Source of the DNA: Candidatus Latescibacterota bacterium
Lineage (GTDB): Bacteria > Latescibacterota > UBA2968 > GCA-2709665
Reading direction: 5' to 3'
Length of the DNA stretch: 64,000 bases
Assembly (NCBI GenBank): GCA_965226795.1
Contig: CBDDDZ010000005.1
Span: forward strand, 544,001-608,000
Of this stretch, positions 1 to 8,807 are shown piece after piece (the first letter of the stretch is position 1; the number at the start of each line of letters is the position of its first letter). Below the pieces are notes generated by a model. It did no database searches, had not been told where the DNA came from, and saw nothing but the letters and a program-made list of their open reading frames with translations. Position numbers and translations under genes: made by a program.

Positions 1-1
1 C

Positions 2-364
2 GGCGAAAAGACCAGGGAAAGGAAGGCGGTAGTAACGTGGAGCGACTCTTTTGTCACTCTCCGATTCAAGGACGGCAACGTTTCTGCGCGGTATCCCAGA
101 CATGAAGGCGTTTTTCGTTATGACCGCATGTCGGGAATGGTCTACGAGCGGTCCAAGCATTCCCGGATCGTAAGCGCGATATTGCTCTCTCCACTGACGC
201 TGTTTTCCAAGCGCAAGCATCACTGGTTTTCGTGGAATTACGTCGATGCGGATAGCAGCAAGCGTTCAATTCTGCTTCGCATTGACAAGAAAGAGGAACG
301 GCTATACAGGCGCCAGGTTCCGATCTTGACAGGCCTGGAGCTTGAAACCATAATTGAGGATTAG
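2..364 (+). CDS. Hypothetical protein, 5'-truncated by the window edge
   Basis: Frame 2 is open from base 2 (GEKTRERKAVVTWSDSFVTLRF...) through ORF 128..364 to TAG. Confidence 0.6.
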   Translation, partial: GEKTRERKAVVTWSDSFVTLRFKDGNVSARYPRHEGVFRYDRMSGMVYERSKHSRIVSAILLSPLTLFSKRKHHWFSWNYVDADSSKRSILLRIDKKEERLYRRQVPILTGLELETIIED

Positions 365-538
365 GGCCTTGGAATTCAGTCCTGCCGGGACGGCGGGTAC
401 GGGCCTTGCGCTGCTGTAGCCATCTGCTTGTTTTTGTGACGTTCTTCCGGACGTCAAGAATGCAGAGAGGCCTTTCAAACTAGACAGTTTCGTTGATCTG
501 AGTCCCGCGCGAAATCTGCGTCGAAACATGGGGAAAAA

Positions 539-1288
539 ATGGAGCGTTTTCGTGAATCGTCTATATCACGGCTGTTGACGCACGCCGACCGGTATGATTG
601 TGCCGCAATTACGGCCTTTCGAAAGTACGAAGGCGGCCGAAAAGGACGGAAATATACCGAGAAGGAGAACGCTCAGAGGAATGCCAGCCTCCGAGTAAAG
701 CTTACCGCCAGTGTCTATGAAATGGCGGCATTGGGCGGATCCTATTTTGAGGGCGGTGAAGTAACACGAGACCGTTTCTTTTTTGTGGTCAACAATGGAT
801 GGCGTGGGGATCCACGTTCCCTCTACCAGTTTACGCAGAGGATGAAGCGTTTCGGAGAAGAATTCGAGCAGGACGCCGTTTTGATAATCCCGAAGGGTGC
901 CGTGCGTGGGGATGCCAGCCGACCTGCCGTGCCATTGGTAGAACGCTCCAAAAGGCGGGGTCGGGCGTTCTTCATTCGCACAAATGATAGTCCTGAAAAC
1001 TGGATGAAAGATCAGGATTTGATGAGCGCTACGGTCGATGAGACCCAAATCAACCGTGCGGTCGGCGATTTTCTCAATGTTGTTAATGGTCATTCCCTTC
1101 ATGTTCAGAGTAATAATGAAGATGAGGAAAGCGATGAAGTCGAAATTACGGCTGTCCACTATCTGCCCGGGAATATTTCTTCATTGCACTTAGCGAACCT
1201 AAAAGGAAGGAAGCCGTGGCGAGAGGCAGATGTGAGGTGGTTGCGGGGTTCGAAGCCGCCCGCAGATTATTCTCAGATATTCGAGTAG
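539..1288 (+). CDS. Hypothetical protein, DUF3293-like / phage-type
   Basis: 249-aa ORF; pattern AAITAFR...EN..RN..L...L....G.Y.E...FFVVN...FGEEFEQDAVL recalled from DUF3293-like and large-phage proteins. Confidence 0.6.
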   Translation: MERFRESSISRLLTHADRYDCAAITAFRKYEGGRKGRKYTEKENAQRNASLRVKLTASVYEMAALGGSYFEGGEVTRDRFFFVVNNGWRGDPRSLYQFTQRMKRFGEEFEQDAVLIIPKGAVRGDASRPAVPLVERSKRRGRAFFIRTNDSPENWMKDQDLMSATVDETQINRAVGDFLNVVNGHSLHVQSNNEDEESDEVEITAVHYLPGNISSLHLANLKGRKPWREADVRWLRGSKPPADYSQIFE

Positions 1289-1318
1289 GAGTTGCCGTGA
1301 GGCGCTCGGCCGGGATGA

Positions 1319-1951
1319 TTGCCGTTGTCGGCGACAATAATTCCAGGATCGGTGATTTGGCCTCGGTTCAAACGGGGGAGGTTGTTCAGCGTGAAACTGC
1401 ACAAAGTAGTATTCGGAATTAAGGAGCATCACATAAGGAGCGGCGTCGCGTGGCATTGTGAGCAATGCCCGGGTGCATTGGCTGTTCTTGATCGTGTCGT
1501 TCCGGATGTGTGTGTATCGCTGGATGATTTTTTGGTATGCTTTTCACATCGGTCCGGCTGCGAGACGTCCGCCAGTGGGTCACGGGAGAGTTACAGGCAG
1601 GAAGTGCCCGAGGAACTTTCTGATTTCACGTACCGGTTTGATCGCAGGCACGAAGGCGTCCCTGTTGAATTTGTCCTTGACGTTCCTGAGTGGGCCTACA
1701 ACGCGGAGAAGGCGGCTTGCTTCAGGCTAGTGAAAACGCTGGTGAGGGTGGCGGCCGCCAATCGCAACCAGGGTTGGATTGATGTTGTGGTTCCCAGTTG
1801 GCACTCAATGGAGAAGATTCGGTTGAAGAAAGACAGGATCCCCGAGGATGTGTTTCTCGCCGCAGCCCCCGAGAAGCGTTTTCATGCGTGGGTCAATGTA
1901 GACAACAATTTAAAAGCCGCTTTGCATTTTGCGGATTGGGAAGAAACTTGA
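1319..1951 (+). CDS. Hypothetical protein (start uncertain)
   Basis: 210-aa ORF co-oriented with 539..1288; no recognised family. Confidence 0.5.
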   Translation: MPLSATIIPGSVIWPRFKRGRLFSVKLHKVVFGIKEHHIRSGVAWHCEQCPGALAVLDRVVPDVCVSLDDFLVCFSHRSGCETSASGSRESYRQEVPEELSDFTYRFDRRHEGVPVEFVLDVPEWAYNAEKAACFRLVKTLVRVAAANRNQGWIDVVVPSWHSMEKIRLKKDRIPEDVFLAAAPEKRFHAWVNVDNNLKAALHFADWEET

Positions 1952-2557
1952 GTAAATTTCAATTCGAAAGGAGCCACGCTGTGCCTATAATAGTGAGACA
2001 ATTTCCCCAAAGATCGGAGAGCGATGTAGAGGGCCAAGGAACGGGTTTTCCAAAAAATGAAGATATAGAAGGGGCAACATCAAGCGAGGTGCGGCGGCGG
2101 CGATTAACGGAGGGTTAGAAGTGGAAGAATTATTGACACTGGGGATCGGCGGGCGAAGAATCCGTTAGTAGGGGCGTGCGACAGCTGGTATCAACCTACG
2201 AAGGCGGAAATGGATGATGACGTGGGTATAGAGGCCACGCAGCAGGAGGTAGCCCGCGCGTTGTTTGGCGGCAGGTTCGCCGGCGCCAAATCGGGCAAGA
2301 GAGAGGTTGTCTAACGTGCCTGGAGAAGGTGGATGGCCAGCACGTATAGTGGGATGGCAGGTTTGCATTCCGGCGGGTATTCTGGTACCGGGGTATATAG
2401 TCAGCATTCTGATAGCGGTCTTGAAATCCGTGCAGACGCGAATTCACCCCGCGTATTTAGAGGATCAACCACCGCGCGGAAAGTAGTGGAATTTGATGTT
2501 TTTTAAAGGCAACCAGAGCAGGGCCAAGTGTTCAGACTTCGCTTGGGGAGGCGCGGC

Positions 2558-2947
2558 ATGAACGGAGAGAAAAACGACCAAGAGAACCTTCAGTGGAAGG
2601 GACGAACGGCGGCGGACGCGGCGGCCAAGGAGGCCAGGGTGATGGCGGCCTGGGCGCGGGAAACCGCAGAGTGGGCGACCGCCGAATATTCGAAGCGGGA
2701 TGGCCAATTCAGGCGGCTTGCGGAAATGGAGTATCGCGGGGCCCTTGCGAGGTGTTGTTTGGAAGCGAAGGATGCGGCTAAATTCTGGGATGCCGCGGCG
2801 GACAAGTGGGAGGCCGGGGAGCGCGGCCTGGCGACGGACTTCGAGGAGGAGGCGAACGCTGCGATGCTGAACGTAATGGACACGCTGGACAAATCGGACG
2901 ATCTCCGGAAGATCGAGCAGGAGAGGAACTCGGGCGCGCAGCCCTGA
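2558..2947 (+). CDS. Hypothetical alpha-helical protein
   Basis: GGGGAGG RBS before ATG 2558; Ala/Glu-rich ORF. Confidence 0.55.
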   Translation: MNGEKNDQENLQWKGRTAADAAAKEARVMAAWARETAEWATAEYSKRDGQFRRLAEMEYRGALARCCLEAKDAAKFWDAAADKWEAGERGLATDFEEEANAAMLNVMDTLDKSDDLRKIEQERNSGAQP

Positions 2948-2981
2948 AATAAACCAGTTTGAGGCGGGATTCTTCGGCCAG

Positions 2982-3131
2982 GCCGCCACCCAAACCAGGG
3001 CAACCACAAGGGTTGCCCCTACGGCGCACCGGGTAGGTTGTGATCTAAAGTTGGGTTTGACGTAAACGTGATTGGATCGTGTGAATTGTGAGCAAGAAGG
3101 GCGACTCCAAAAGGAGTCGCCCTTCTTGCTG
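2982..3131. repeat. 150-bp direct repeat, copy 1 (GTAG-type REP plus terminator-like hairpin)
   Basis: Aligns with 4820..4969; contains GGGCAACCACAAGGGTTGCCCCTAC and the hairpin AGCAAGAAGGGCGACTCC-AAAA-GGAGTCGCCCTTCTTGCT. Confidence 0.9.
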
Positions 3132-3320
3132 GTGCGCCATGCCTGGCGCGAAGTGCCGGTAGCAGATGTCGGTGCTTTGAACCGGTAAGGGAAACCGAGC
3201 CGGGAAGTGACTGGGAGGGTGGGAGTCCCTCCAGAGGCCGTGGTGACCGGAACTATTAGCGGAACAGCAAGGGCGTCGTCGCGAGGTGGGTCTGACGGAA
3301 GCTGAATGCAAGGTCCCGGC
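3132..3320 (+). mobile_element. Group II intron (class IIC-like) 5' fragment, domain I only
   Basis: Begins GTGCGCC directly after a terminator-like hairpin; contains GGGTGGGAGTCCC and TAGC...GCAAGGGCGTC..CGCGAGGTGGGTCTGACGGAAGC motifs typical of IIC domain I; no RT ORF follows. Confidence 0.7.
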
Positions 3321-3361
3321 CCTCGTCAATCACATCCTCAGCGCCCATAACGATTTCCCTT

Positions 3362-3673
3362 CTATCGCCTCCTGGCCCTCTTGCGCCTATTTTGTGCCTT
3401 CTTCCCATACGACCCACTATGCCGAAATTCCCCGTCTACAACGTGAATCTCGTCACCTTCCCGTCTGAAATAGACCCGATACCTCCCATGTTTAATCTTG
3501 TACTCGGTAATTCCTGGTGGAAGACCTTCAACCTTCGTCGCTCTCAACTCCCGTCTCTTGTTTGGATTCCCAAGACTTTTGATCTTATCCAGAAGAACAG
3601 GTCCAGCATTTGACGGCAAATTCTCCAAAAACTCCTCTACCTTATCCCGAATAACTACTTTCTGCTCTACCAA
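3362..3673 (-). CDS. RelE/ParE-superfamily toxin
   Basis: 103 aa; GITEYKIKHGRYRVYF matches the RelE/HigB ELR..YRV.F motif; basic C-terminus. Confidence 0.7.
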   Translation of the reverse strand: MVEQKVVIRDKVEEFLENLPSNAGPVLLDKIKSLGNPNKRRELRATKVEGLPPGITEYKIKHGRYRVYFRREGDEIHVVDGEFRHSGSYGKKAQNRRKRARRR

Positions 3674-3737
3674 CGGGACCCTCTCTTGTGGCGAAGGACT
3701 GTGGCCTGCCGCGTACGCTGTCGCTTATCCGCCTCGC

Positions 3738-3953
3738 CTAACGTCTGCCCCATTTCCGCTCCATTTTCTCAAAAACCCGATTCGTCTCGTCAACCGTCAA
3801 CATTCTGCTCTCACCCGTCCGCAACTCTTCGGTGGTACGCAATGCCCGCGCTACCTCCGCAGCCTCGTCCTCATCCTCCCGGATCACGTCTTCCGCACGC
3901 TCCCCCCTCACTACTCGATTGATCCATCCGATAACAAGAGTACCAGCACCCAT
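3738..3953 (-). CDS. Small acidic protein, putative antitoxin
   Basis: 71 aa, directly upstream of the RelE-like gene; AGGAGG RBS. Confidence 0.5.
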   Translation of the reverse strand: MGAGTLVIGWINRVVRGERAEDVIREDEDEAAEVARALRTTEELRTGESRMLTVDETNRVFEKMERKWGRR

Positions 3954-4024
3954 TACGTCCTCCTTTCCTTGTCTCTGCCCACGACGGCCCTAACGCGCTT
4001 TATCATTTCAAACACTGTGCTCAT
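3953..4024 (-). CDS. 23-aa peptide MSTVFEMIKRVRAVVGRDKERRT
   Basis: AGGGAGG RBS upstream; its TAA overlaps the next ATG (TAATG). Confidence 0.35.
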   Translation of the reverse strand: MSTVFEMIKRVRAVVGRDKERRT

Positions 4025-4219
4025 GACATGACCTCCCTGTTAAGTTGTCATAAATTTCTTGCATCTTGTCAAGGGGAAAGATTACACTTTCCTCACCACC
4101 AACACCAACCTTCATCTATTTAACGGGTTATGAAATGGACGAGTTAAGCCAAATTTCTTCTTCTGCCGATATAACGACCGCTAATTTCACCGTGATTATG
4201 GCATTGATCAACATGCTAA

Positions 4220-4543
4220 CAGTCCGTTGAAAAAGTTGCTCTGCAGGCGAGGTAGAGTGTCCCGTCCCAGAAATATGTCACCATTCATCCGACGATTCAT
4301 CCCGTCTCGCTGCGTTGCCATCGCTCGCCGACCTTACGCAGGTCGCCTCGCTCAGGCGCCTTGCCAGCCGGGCGACTCGGCGGCCGAATTTCAGCAATCT
4401 ATTTCCGGGACAGAACACTTGCCATTGTGATCGAAGACAAGGCGCGCGACCGAGTCGAATCGGGGGATTCGGGAAGGGAGCGCAACGCAGTAATTCGGCC
4501 ACAAGAGCCGGCCGCAGACCGGATGGACTTTTTCAACGGGCTG
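4220..4543. mobile_element. MITE with IS5/IS1182-like ends, 324 bp, carrying a nested 164-bp element
   Basis: TIRs CAGTCCGTTGAAAAAGT / ACTTTTTCAACGGGCTG; CTAA duplicated at 4216-4219 and 4544-4547; homologous to 17194..17353. Confidence 0.85.
4256..4419. mobile_element. Nested MITE-like element
   Basis: Imperfect 19-bp TIRs AGTGTCCCGTCCCAGAAAT / ATTTCCGGGACAGAACACT; absent from the copy at 17194. Confidence 0.7.
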
Positions 4544-4819
4544 CTAAGCCACTTTAGACCGATCTACGACGTTGACGGCATCCTCTTCATCATAATAATC
4601 GTCCCCTATGGGTGGGCCTCATCGAATTCACCATTCAGAATCAGCGACCTTAAGGTTTCGGCAACATCGCCAATGCACTCCATTCTTCTTCCGATTCCAG
4701 ATAAAGACGCATTTCTCTGTTGCACCGATACGCCCTCATACCAACCTCCAAATGTTACTATGAGTCATCATCTATTTTTTGATTCATCTTCGAATGGTCG
4801 ACCCGAGGTGCGGGTGAGA

Positions 4820-4969
4820 GCCGCCACCCAAACCAGGGCAACCACAAGGGTTGCCCCTACGGCGGATCGGGCAGGGTGAGATCTGAAGTTGGGTTTGACG
4901 TAAGCGTGATTGGATTGTCGGGATTGTAAGCAAAGCGGGCGACTCTTTTGGGAGTCGCCCGCTTTGCTG
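4820..4969. repeat. 150-bp direct repeat, copy 2 (intron-free)
   Basis: Aligns with 2982..3131; hairpin AGCAAAGCGGGCGACTC...GAGTCGCCCGCTTTGCT. Confidence 0.9.
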
Positions 4970-5053
4970 TCGTGGCTTTGTCCAGATTATTGTCGAATCC
5001 GGCGCAGTTCGTTTCTGATCTATCGGTGATGTCCCGGCAACGTGATTCCGCGT

Positions 5054-5815
5054 TTATCCTCTCACACTGTCGACCATGCTCCGGCAGCCGTGCAGATAGA
5101 TGCCCGTATCGACCGACAGGGCGATATACCGCACGCCGGCGTCGATCCAGCGTCTGGCCGCGTCGGGGCTGTCCGCGAAGGTGCCCACGGTGAGTCCCGC
5201 CCGATTGATCTGCACCGTAGCCTCCCGCATCCGGTCCACCACCCTGGCGTCATTCACCTGGCCCGGTATGCCCAGTGACTGGGAAAGGTCGTACGGACCG
5301 AGGAAGACAACGTCCAGGCCGGGCACGGCGATGATGGCATCCAGGTTCTCCAGGCCATCCACACCTTCCACGTGGATCAGCACCATGGATTCCCGGTTCA
5401 GCCGCTCGAAGATCTGGCCGCCTTCCGAAAAGTACCGCGCCGCGCGCGTGTAGGGCGAGACACCCCGCATCCCGAGTGGCGCGTATTTTGCCGCCGCGAC
5501 AAGGGATTCGGCATCTGATCGGGTGCGTATCTGCGGGACCTGAACGCCCTCCGGACCGATGTCCAGCGCTCGGAGCACCTGGGGCGGGTCGTTTTCACGG
5601 ACGCGCACGATGGGGGAAATACCCGCGCTCTTTGCCACGCGGCACAGGTTCTCGGTGGTCTCGATGTCCAGCGGACCGTGTTCGGTATCCAGGATGACGA
5701 AATCAAAGCCGGCGTACGCGGCGATTTCGATGAGCGCACCGGAAGCGAGGTTGACAAAGGGACCCAGGACAACCTCACCGGCTTTCAGTTTGGCCTTCAG
5801 GCTGATTTCAGACAT
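5054..5815 (-). CDS. HpcH/HpaI aldolase family protein
   Basis: GFDFVILDTEHG, VQVPQI, P.GMRG, FLGPYDLS motifs; start at MSEISLK with GGAG RBS. Confidence 0.92.
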   Translation of the reverse strand: MSEISLKAKLKAGEVVLGPFVNLASGALIEIAAYAGFDFVILDTEHGPLDIETTENLCRVAKSAGISPIVRVRENDPPQVLRALDIGPEGVQVPQIRTRSDAESLVAAAKYAPLGMRGVSPYTRAARYFSEGGQIFERLNRESMVLIHVEGVDGLENLDAIIAVPGLDVVFLGPYDLSQSLGIPGQVNDARVVDRMREATVQINRAGLTVGTFADSPDAARRWIDAGVRYIALSVDTGIYLHGCRSMVDSVRG

Positions 5816-6014
5816 TGTGCATCTCCGCGAAAGGACATGAGTTATGGAACCGTTGAGTCGTTCAATATAGGCTGCCGCAGAAGTCGTGTAAAGTGGAAAG
5901 GCCGGTAGTGAATGTGGATCTGAGGTTACACACGCCGCCGCCGGCGCGGCTTGACTTTCGACCGCCGCTTCCTTATATACAACATAGACGATTTGAAATG
6001 GGAAGGAGGTGGAA

Positions 6015-6143
6015 ATGTCCGCTGATCTGCGTAAATTTGCGTTGCGTCTGAAGGTCATCGAAATCTTGAAACGATACTGCTGGGTGCGGCACCAGTTGAG
6101 GGTCATTCAGCTATGGAAGAAACTTTACACCCACCCGAATTGA
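6015..6143 (+). CDS. Unannotated 42-aa basic small protein
   Basis: AAGGAGGT RBS, ATG 6015, TGA 6141-6143; MSADLRKFALRLKVIEILKRYCWVRHQLRVIQLWKKLYTHPN; followed by a terminator hairpin. Confidence 0.65.
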   Translation: MSADLRKFALRLKVIEILKRYCWVRHQLRVIQLWKKLYTHPN

Positions 6144-6164
6144 CCCTTGCGAATTGTCTACTGA

Positions 6165-6199
6165 AAAGGCGCTCGGACGGCGACGGTCCGGGCGCCTTT
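6165..6199 (+). terminator. Intrinsic terminator-like hairpin
   Basis: AAAGGCGCTCGGAC / GTCCGGGCGCCTTT stem. Confidence 0.6.
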
Positions 6200-6320
6200 C
6201 TGTTATCCGCGACTACCGGCCGTAGGCCTCGGTCCTCCTCCGGGCCCCGACACAGGCACCCCGCCCAGAATTGAATAGGTGTTGCTCATCATCCGTTGAT
6301 TCGTTAAATTTCCGCCCATT

Positions 6321-6995
6321 ATGGCCCCCGGACAGAACAGGATTCTTCCGGTTTTTGACCGGTTGCTGGATGCCTTCGGACCACAGGGTTGGTGGCCGGC
6401 GGAAACCCCGTTCGAAACAATGGTCGGGGCCATACTGACGCAGAATACAGCCTGGACGAACGTGGAACGGGCGTTGGGCAGGATTAAGGCCGCCGGGGCG
6501 CTCGATGCACGGATCATGCTGGATATGCCCGACGGCGAAATGGAGACCCTCATCCGTTCCGCCGGGGCCTTCCGCGTAAAAACGAGGCGGCTGAAGGCGT
6601 TTCTGGCATTTTTCGTTGGCAGGTACGGCGCGGACGTTGTCCGGATGAAGGATGTGTCCACCGCGCGTCTGCGCGAGGAACTGCTGGCGGTAACCGGGAT
6701 TGGGCCTGAGACCGCGGACTGTATTCTGCTCTATGCGCTCGATAAGCCGAGTTTTGTGGTGGATGCATATACGCGGCGTGTTTTCGGGCGTCTGGGACTG
6801 ATCGGCGGGGCGCTCGATTACCATGATGTACAGCGTACTTTCGAGGCTGCGTTGCCAGTGGACACGGTTGTCTACAACGAGTATCATGCCCTGATCGTGG
6901 CGCTTGGCAAGCGCGTCTGCCGGCCGAAACCCCTGTGCGGGCAGTGCGTACTGAACGCGATTTGCGAAACTGGAGGACAGGATGGCCGGGTTTGA
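6321..6995 (+). CDS. Endonuclease III-related HhH-GPD protein with 4Fe-4S motif
   Basis: GAILTQNTAW, GIGPETADCILLYA, VVDAYTRR, C.P.P.C..C.L...C. Confidence 0.92.
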   Translation: MAPGQNRILPVFDRLLDAFGPQGWWPAETPFETMVGAILTQNTAWTNVERALGRIKAAGALDARIMLDMPDGEMETLIRSAGAFRVKTRRLKAFLAFFVGRYGADVVRMKDVSTARLREELLAVTGIGPETADCILLYALDKPSFVVDAYTRRVFGRLGLIGGALDYHDVQRTFEAALPVDTVVYNEYHALIVALGKRVCRPKPLCGQCVLNAICETGGQDGRV

Positions 6996-7806
6996 GTTGT
7001 GTTTCAATACGAGTACGATACGGCCCGCACCGATCGTGGAAAAGATCCGGGCGGCGGGTGTAGGGGGGTATGACTCGGTCGAGTTGTGGAATGAAGACCT
7101 GACGGACTGGGAACAGGGCGGCGGGAGGTTATCCGAGTTAAGACAGGTGCTCGATGACTACAATCTCGCGGTGCCCGACGTGGTTCACTTTTCCGGGTGG
7201 ATGGATGCGACCGATCAGGTTTTCAAAACCGAGCTTCTCGGTGAAGCCCGGCGGCTGATGGAACAGGGCGTGGCCATCGGAGCGCCCCGCATCATCGCGG
7301 GGCCCGCGCGCGGGCAGGTGGATCTTAATCGGGCGGCGGACCGCTATTGCCGGCTGATTGAACTCGGACAGGAGGTGGGATGCGTTCCCGCCCTCGAATT
7401 CCTGGGTTTCGTGGATCACGTCAATAACGTCGATACGTTGATGGCGATCGTGAACCTGGCGGATCATCCCGAGACCATGGTTGTGATGGACGCGTTTCAT
7501 ATCTATCGCGGCGGCGGTCGGGACGAGGATATCCTGAAGGTCCCGGGAGCGCAGGTAGCCATTTTCCACATTGACGATGCGCCGCGAACCGACCGCCGAA
7601 GGGAGACCCTTACGGACGGAGACCGGGTGTATCCCGGCGATGGTATTCTGAACCTGGAAAACATGCTGCGGATGCTGGCATCCCAGGGCTTCTCCGGTCC
7701 TGTATCTCTCGAGTTGTTCAATGAAGCCCTGTGGCGACAGGACGCTCGAGAGGTCGCCCGGGCCGGGGCGGAGAAGGTGAGACGATTGATCGAATCCGTG
7801 GAATGA
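6982..7806 (+). CDS. Sugar phosphate isomerase/epimerase (xylose isomerase-like TIM barrel)
   Basis: GYDSVELW, ALEFLG, D.FH, HIDD, RVYPGDG, SLELFN. Confidence 0.9.
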   Translation: MAGFELCFNTSTIRPAPIVEKIRAAGVGGYDSVELWNEDLTDWEQGGGRLSELRQVLDDYNLAVPDVVHFSGWMDATDQVFKTELLGEARRLMEQGVAIGAPRIIAGPARGQVDLNRAADRYCRLIELGQEVGCVPALEFLGFVDHVNNVDTLMAIVNLADHPETMVVMDAFHIYRGGGRDEDILKVPGAQVAIFHIDDAPRTDRRRETLTDGDRVYPGDGILNLENMLRMLASQGFSGPVSLELFNEALWRQDAREVARAGAEKVRRLIESVE

Positions 7807-8807
7807 ATACGCGGAGCCCTGACATGGTATACGTTGGCAAAGCGGGGATCCCCGGGTCGACCGTGCTTGCGCCGCTGGCCGGCGTGACGGATCGGTCGTT
7901 CCGGTTGCTGTGCCGGGAGCAGGGCGCGGGTCTCGCTGTAACGGAAATGGTGAGCGCCCGCGGACTGGCCGACGGCAGCGAGCGCTCGAGCCGATACCTG
8001 GATTTCGAGGCGGACGAGCATCCGATTTCCGTTCAGATATTCGGGTCCGAACCCGATGAAATGGCCGAAGGTGCGCGGGTGGCCGCCGAACGCAATCCGG
8101 ATATGCTGGATATCAACTGCGGTTGTCCCGTGAAGAAGATCGTAAACCGGCGCGCGGGCGCGGCCCTGCTGAAGGATCCGTCGCGGCTGGGCAGGATCGT
8201 TTCGGCGATGGCGCGGGCTGTGTCCATTCCGGTTACCCTGAAGATCCGCAGCGGGTGGGACGATGCCGACAGGGCATCGGAGGTCGCCCGTATGGCGGAA
8301 GACATGGGCGCCGCGGCGATCGCCGTGCATGGCCGGACGCGACAGGCCGGGTTTTCTGGCCGGGCGGACTGGGATGTGATCCGCGAAGTATCCGATGCCG
8401 TTTCGATTCCCGTAATCGGCAACGGCGACGTCAGGAACCCGCTGGCCGCGCGGGACATGATGGAACAGACGGGATGTGATCTGGTCATGGTGGGCCGATG
8501 GGCGATTGGAGACCCTTGGCTGTTCGGACGGATCGAGCACTTTCTGGCGACCGGCGTGCTGTTGGCGCCGCCGTCGGCCTGCGAACGGGTGAGAATGGCC
8601 ATTCGGCACCTGCGGCTCTCGGTGGAAATCAAAGGGCTCCCCGCGGGGGTTCGTGAGATGAGAAGGCATTTTGCCGCGTATATAAAGGGCATCGATGGCG
8701 CCGCGCCGTTTCGACGCGCGTTGATGACGGAGGACGACCCGGAGGTGGTTGAAGCCATATTTAACGCCGTACGGCGGAAGGCGGAGGAGGTGTCCGGTGA
8801 CGCCTGA
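7803..8807 (+). CDS. dusB: tRNA-dihydrouridine synthase B
   Basis: LAPLAGVTD, DINCGCPV, KIRSGW, VHGRT, IGNGDV, VMVGR. Confidence 0.93.
   Translation: MNTRSPDMVYVGKAGIPGSTVLAPLAGVTDRSFRLLCREQGAGLAVTEMVSARGLADGSERSSRYLDFEADEHPISVQIFGSEPDEMAEGARVAAERNPDMLDINCGCPVKKIVNRRAGAALLKDPSRLGRIVSAMARAVSIPVTLKIRSGWDDADRASEVARMAEDMGAAAIAVHGRTRQAGFSGRADWDVIREVSDAVSIPVIGNGDVRNPLAARDMMEQTGCDLVMVGRWAIGDPWLFGRIEHFLATGVLLAPPSACERVRMAIRHLRLSVEIKGLPAGVREMRRHFAAYIKGIDGAAPFRRALMTEDDPEVVEAIFNAVRRKAEEVSGDA

Noticed and set aside
4361..4879. 172-aa ORF
   Set aside because: Made of MITE, degraded spacer and REP sequence
2982..4969. Integron attC sites or cassette array
   Set aside because: No RYYYAAC...GTTRRRY box architecture in the repeats and no integrase seen
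5816..6106. N-terminal extension of the HpcH aldolase ORF
   Set aside because: Family similarity starts at MSEISLK; the extension overlaps the divergent small gene
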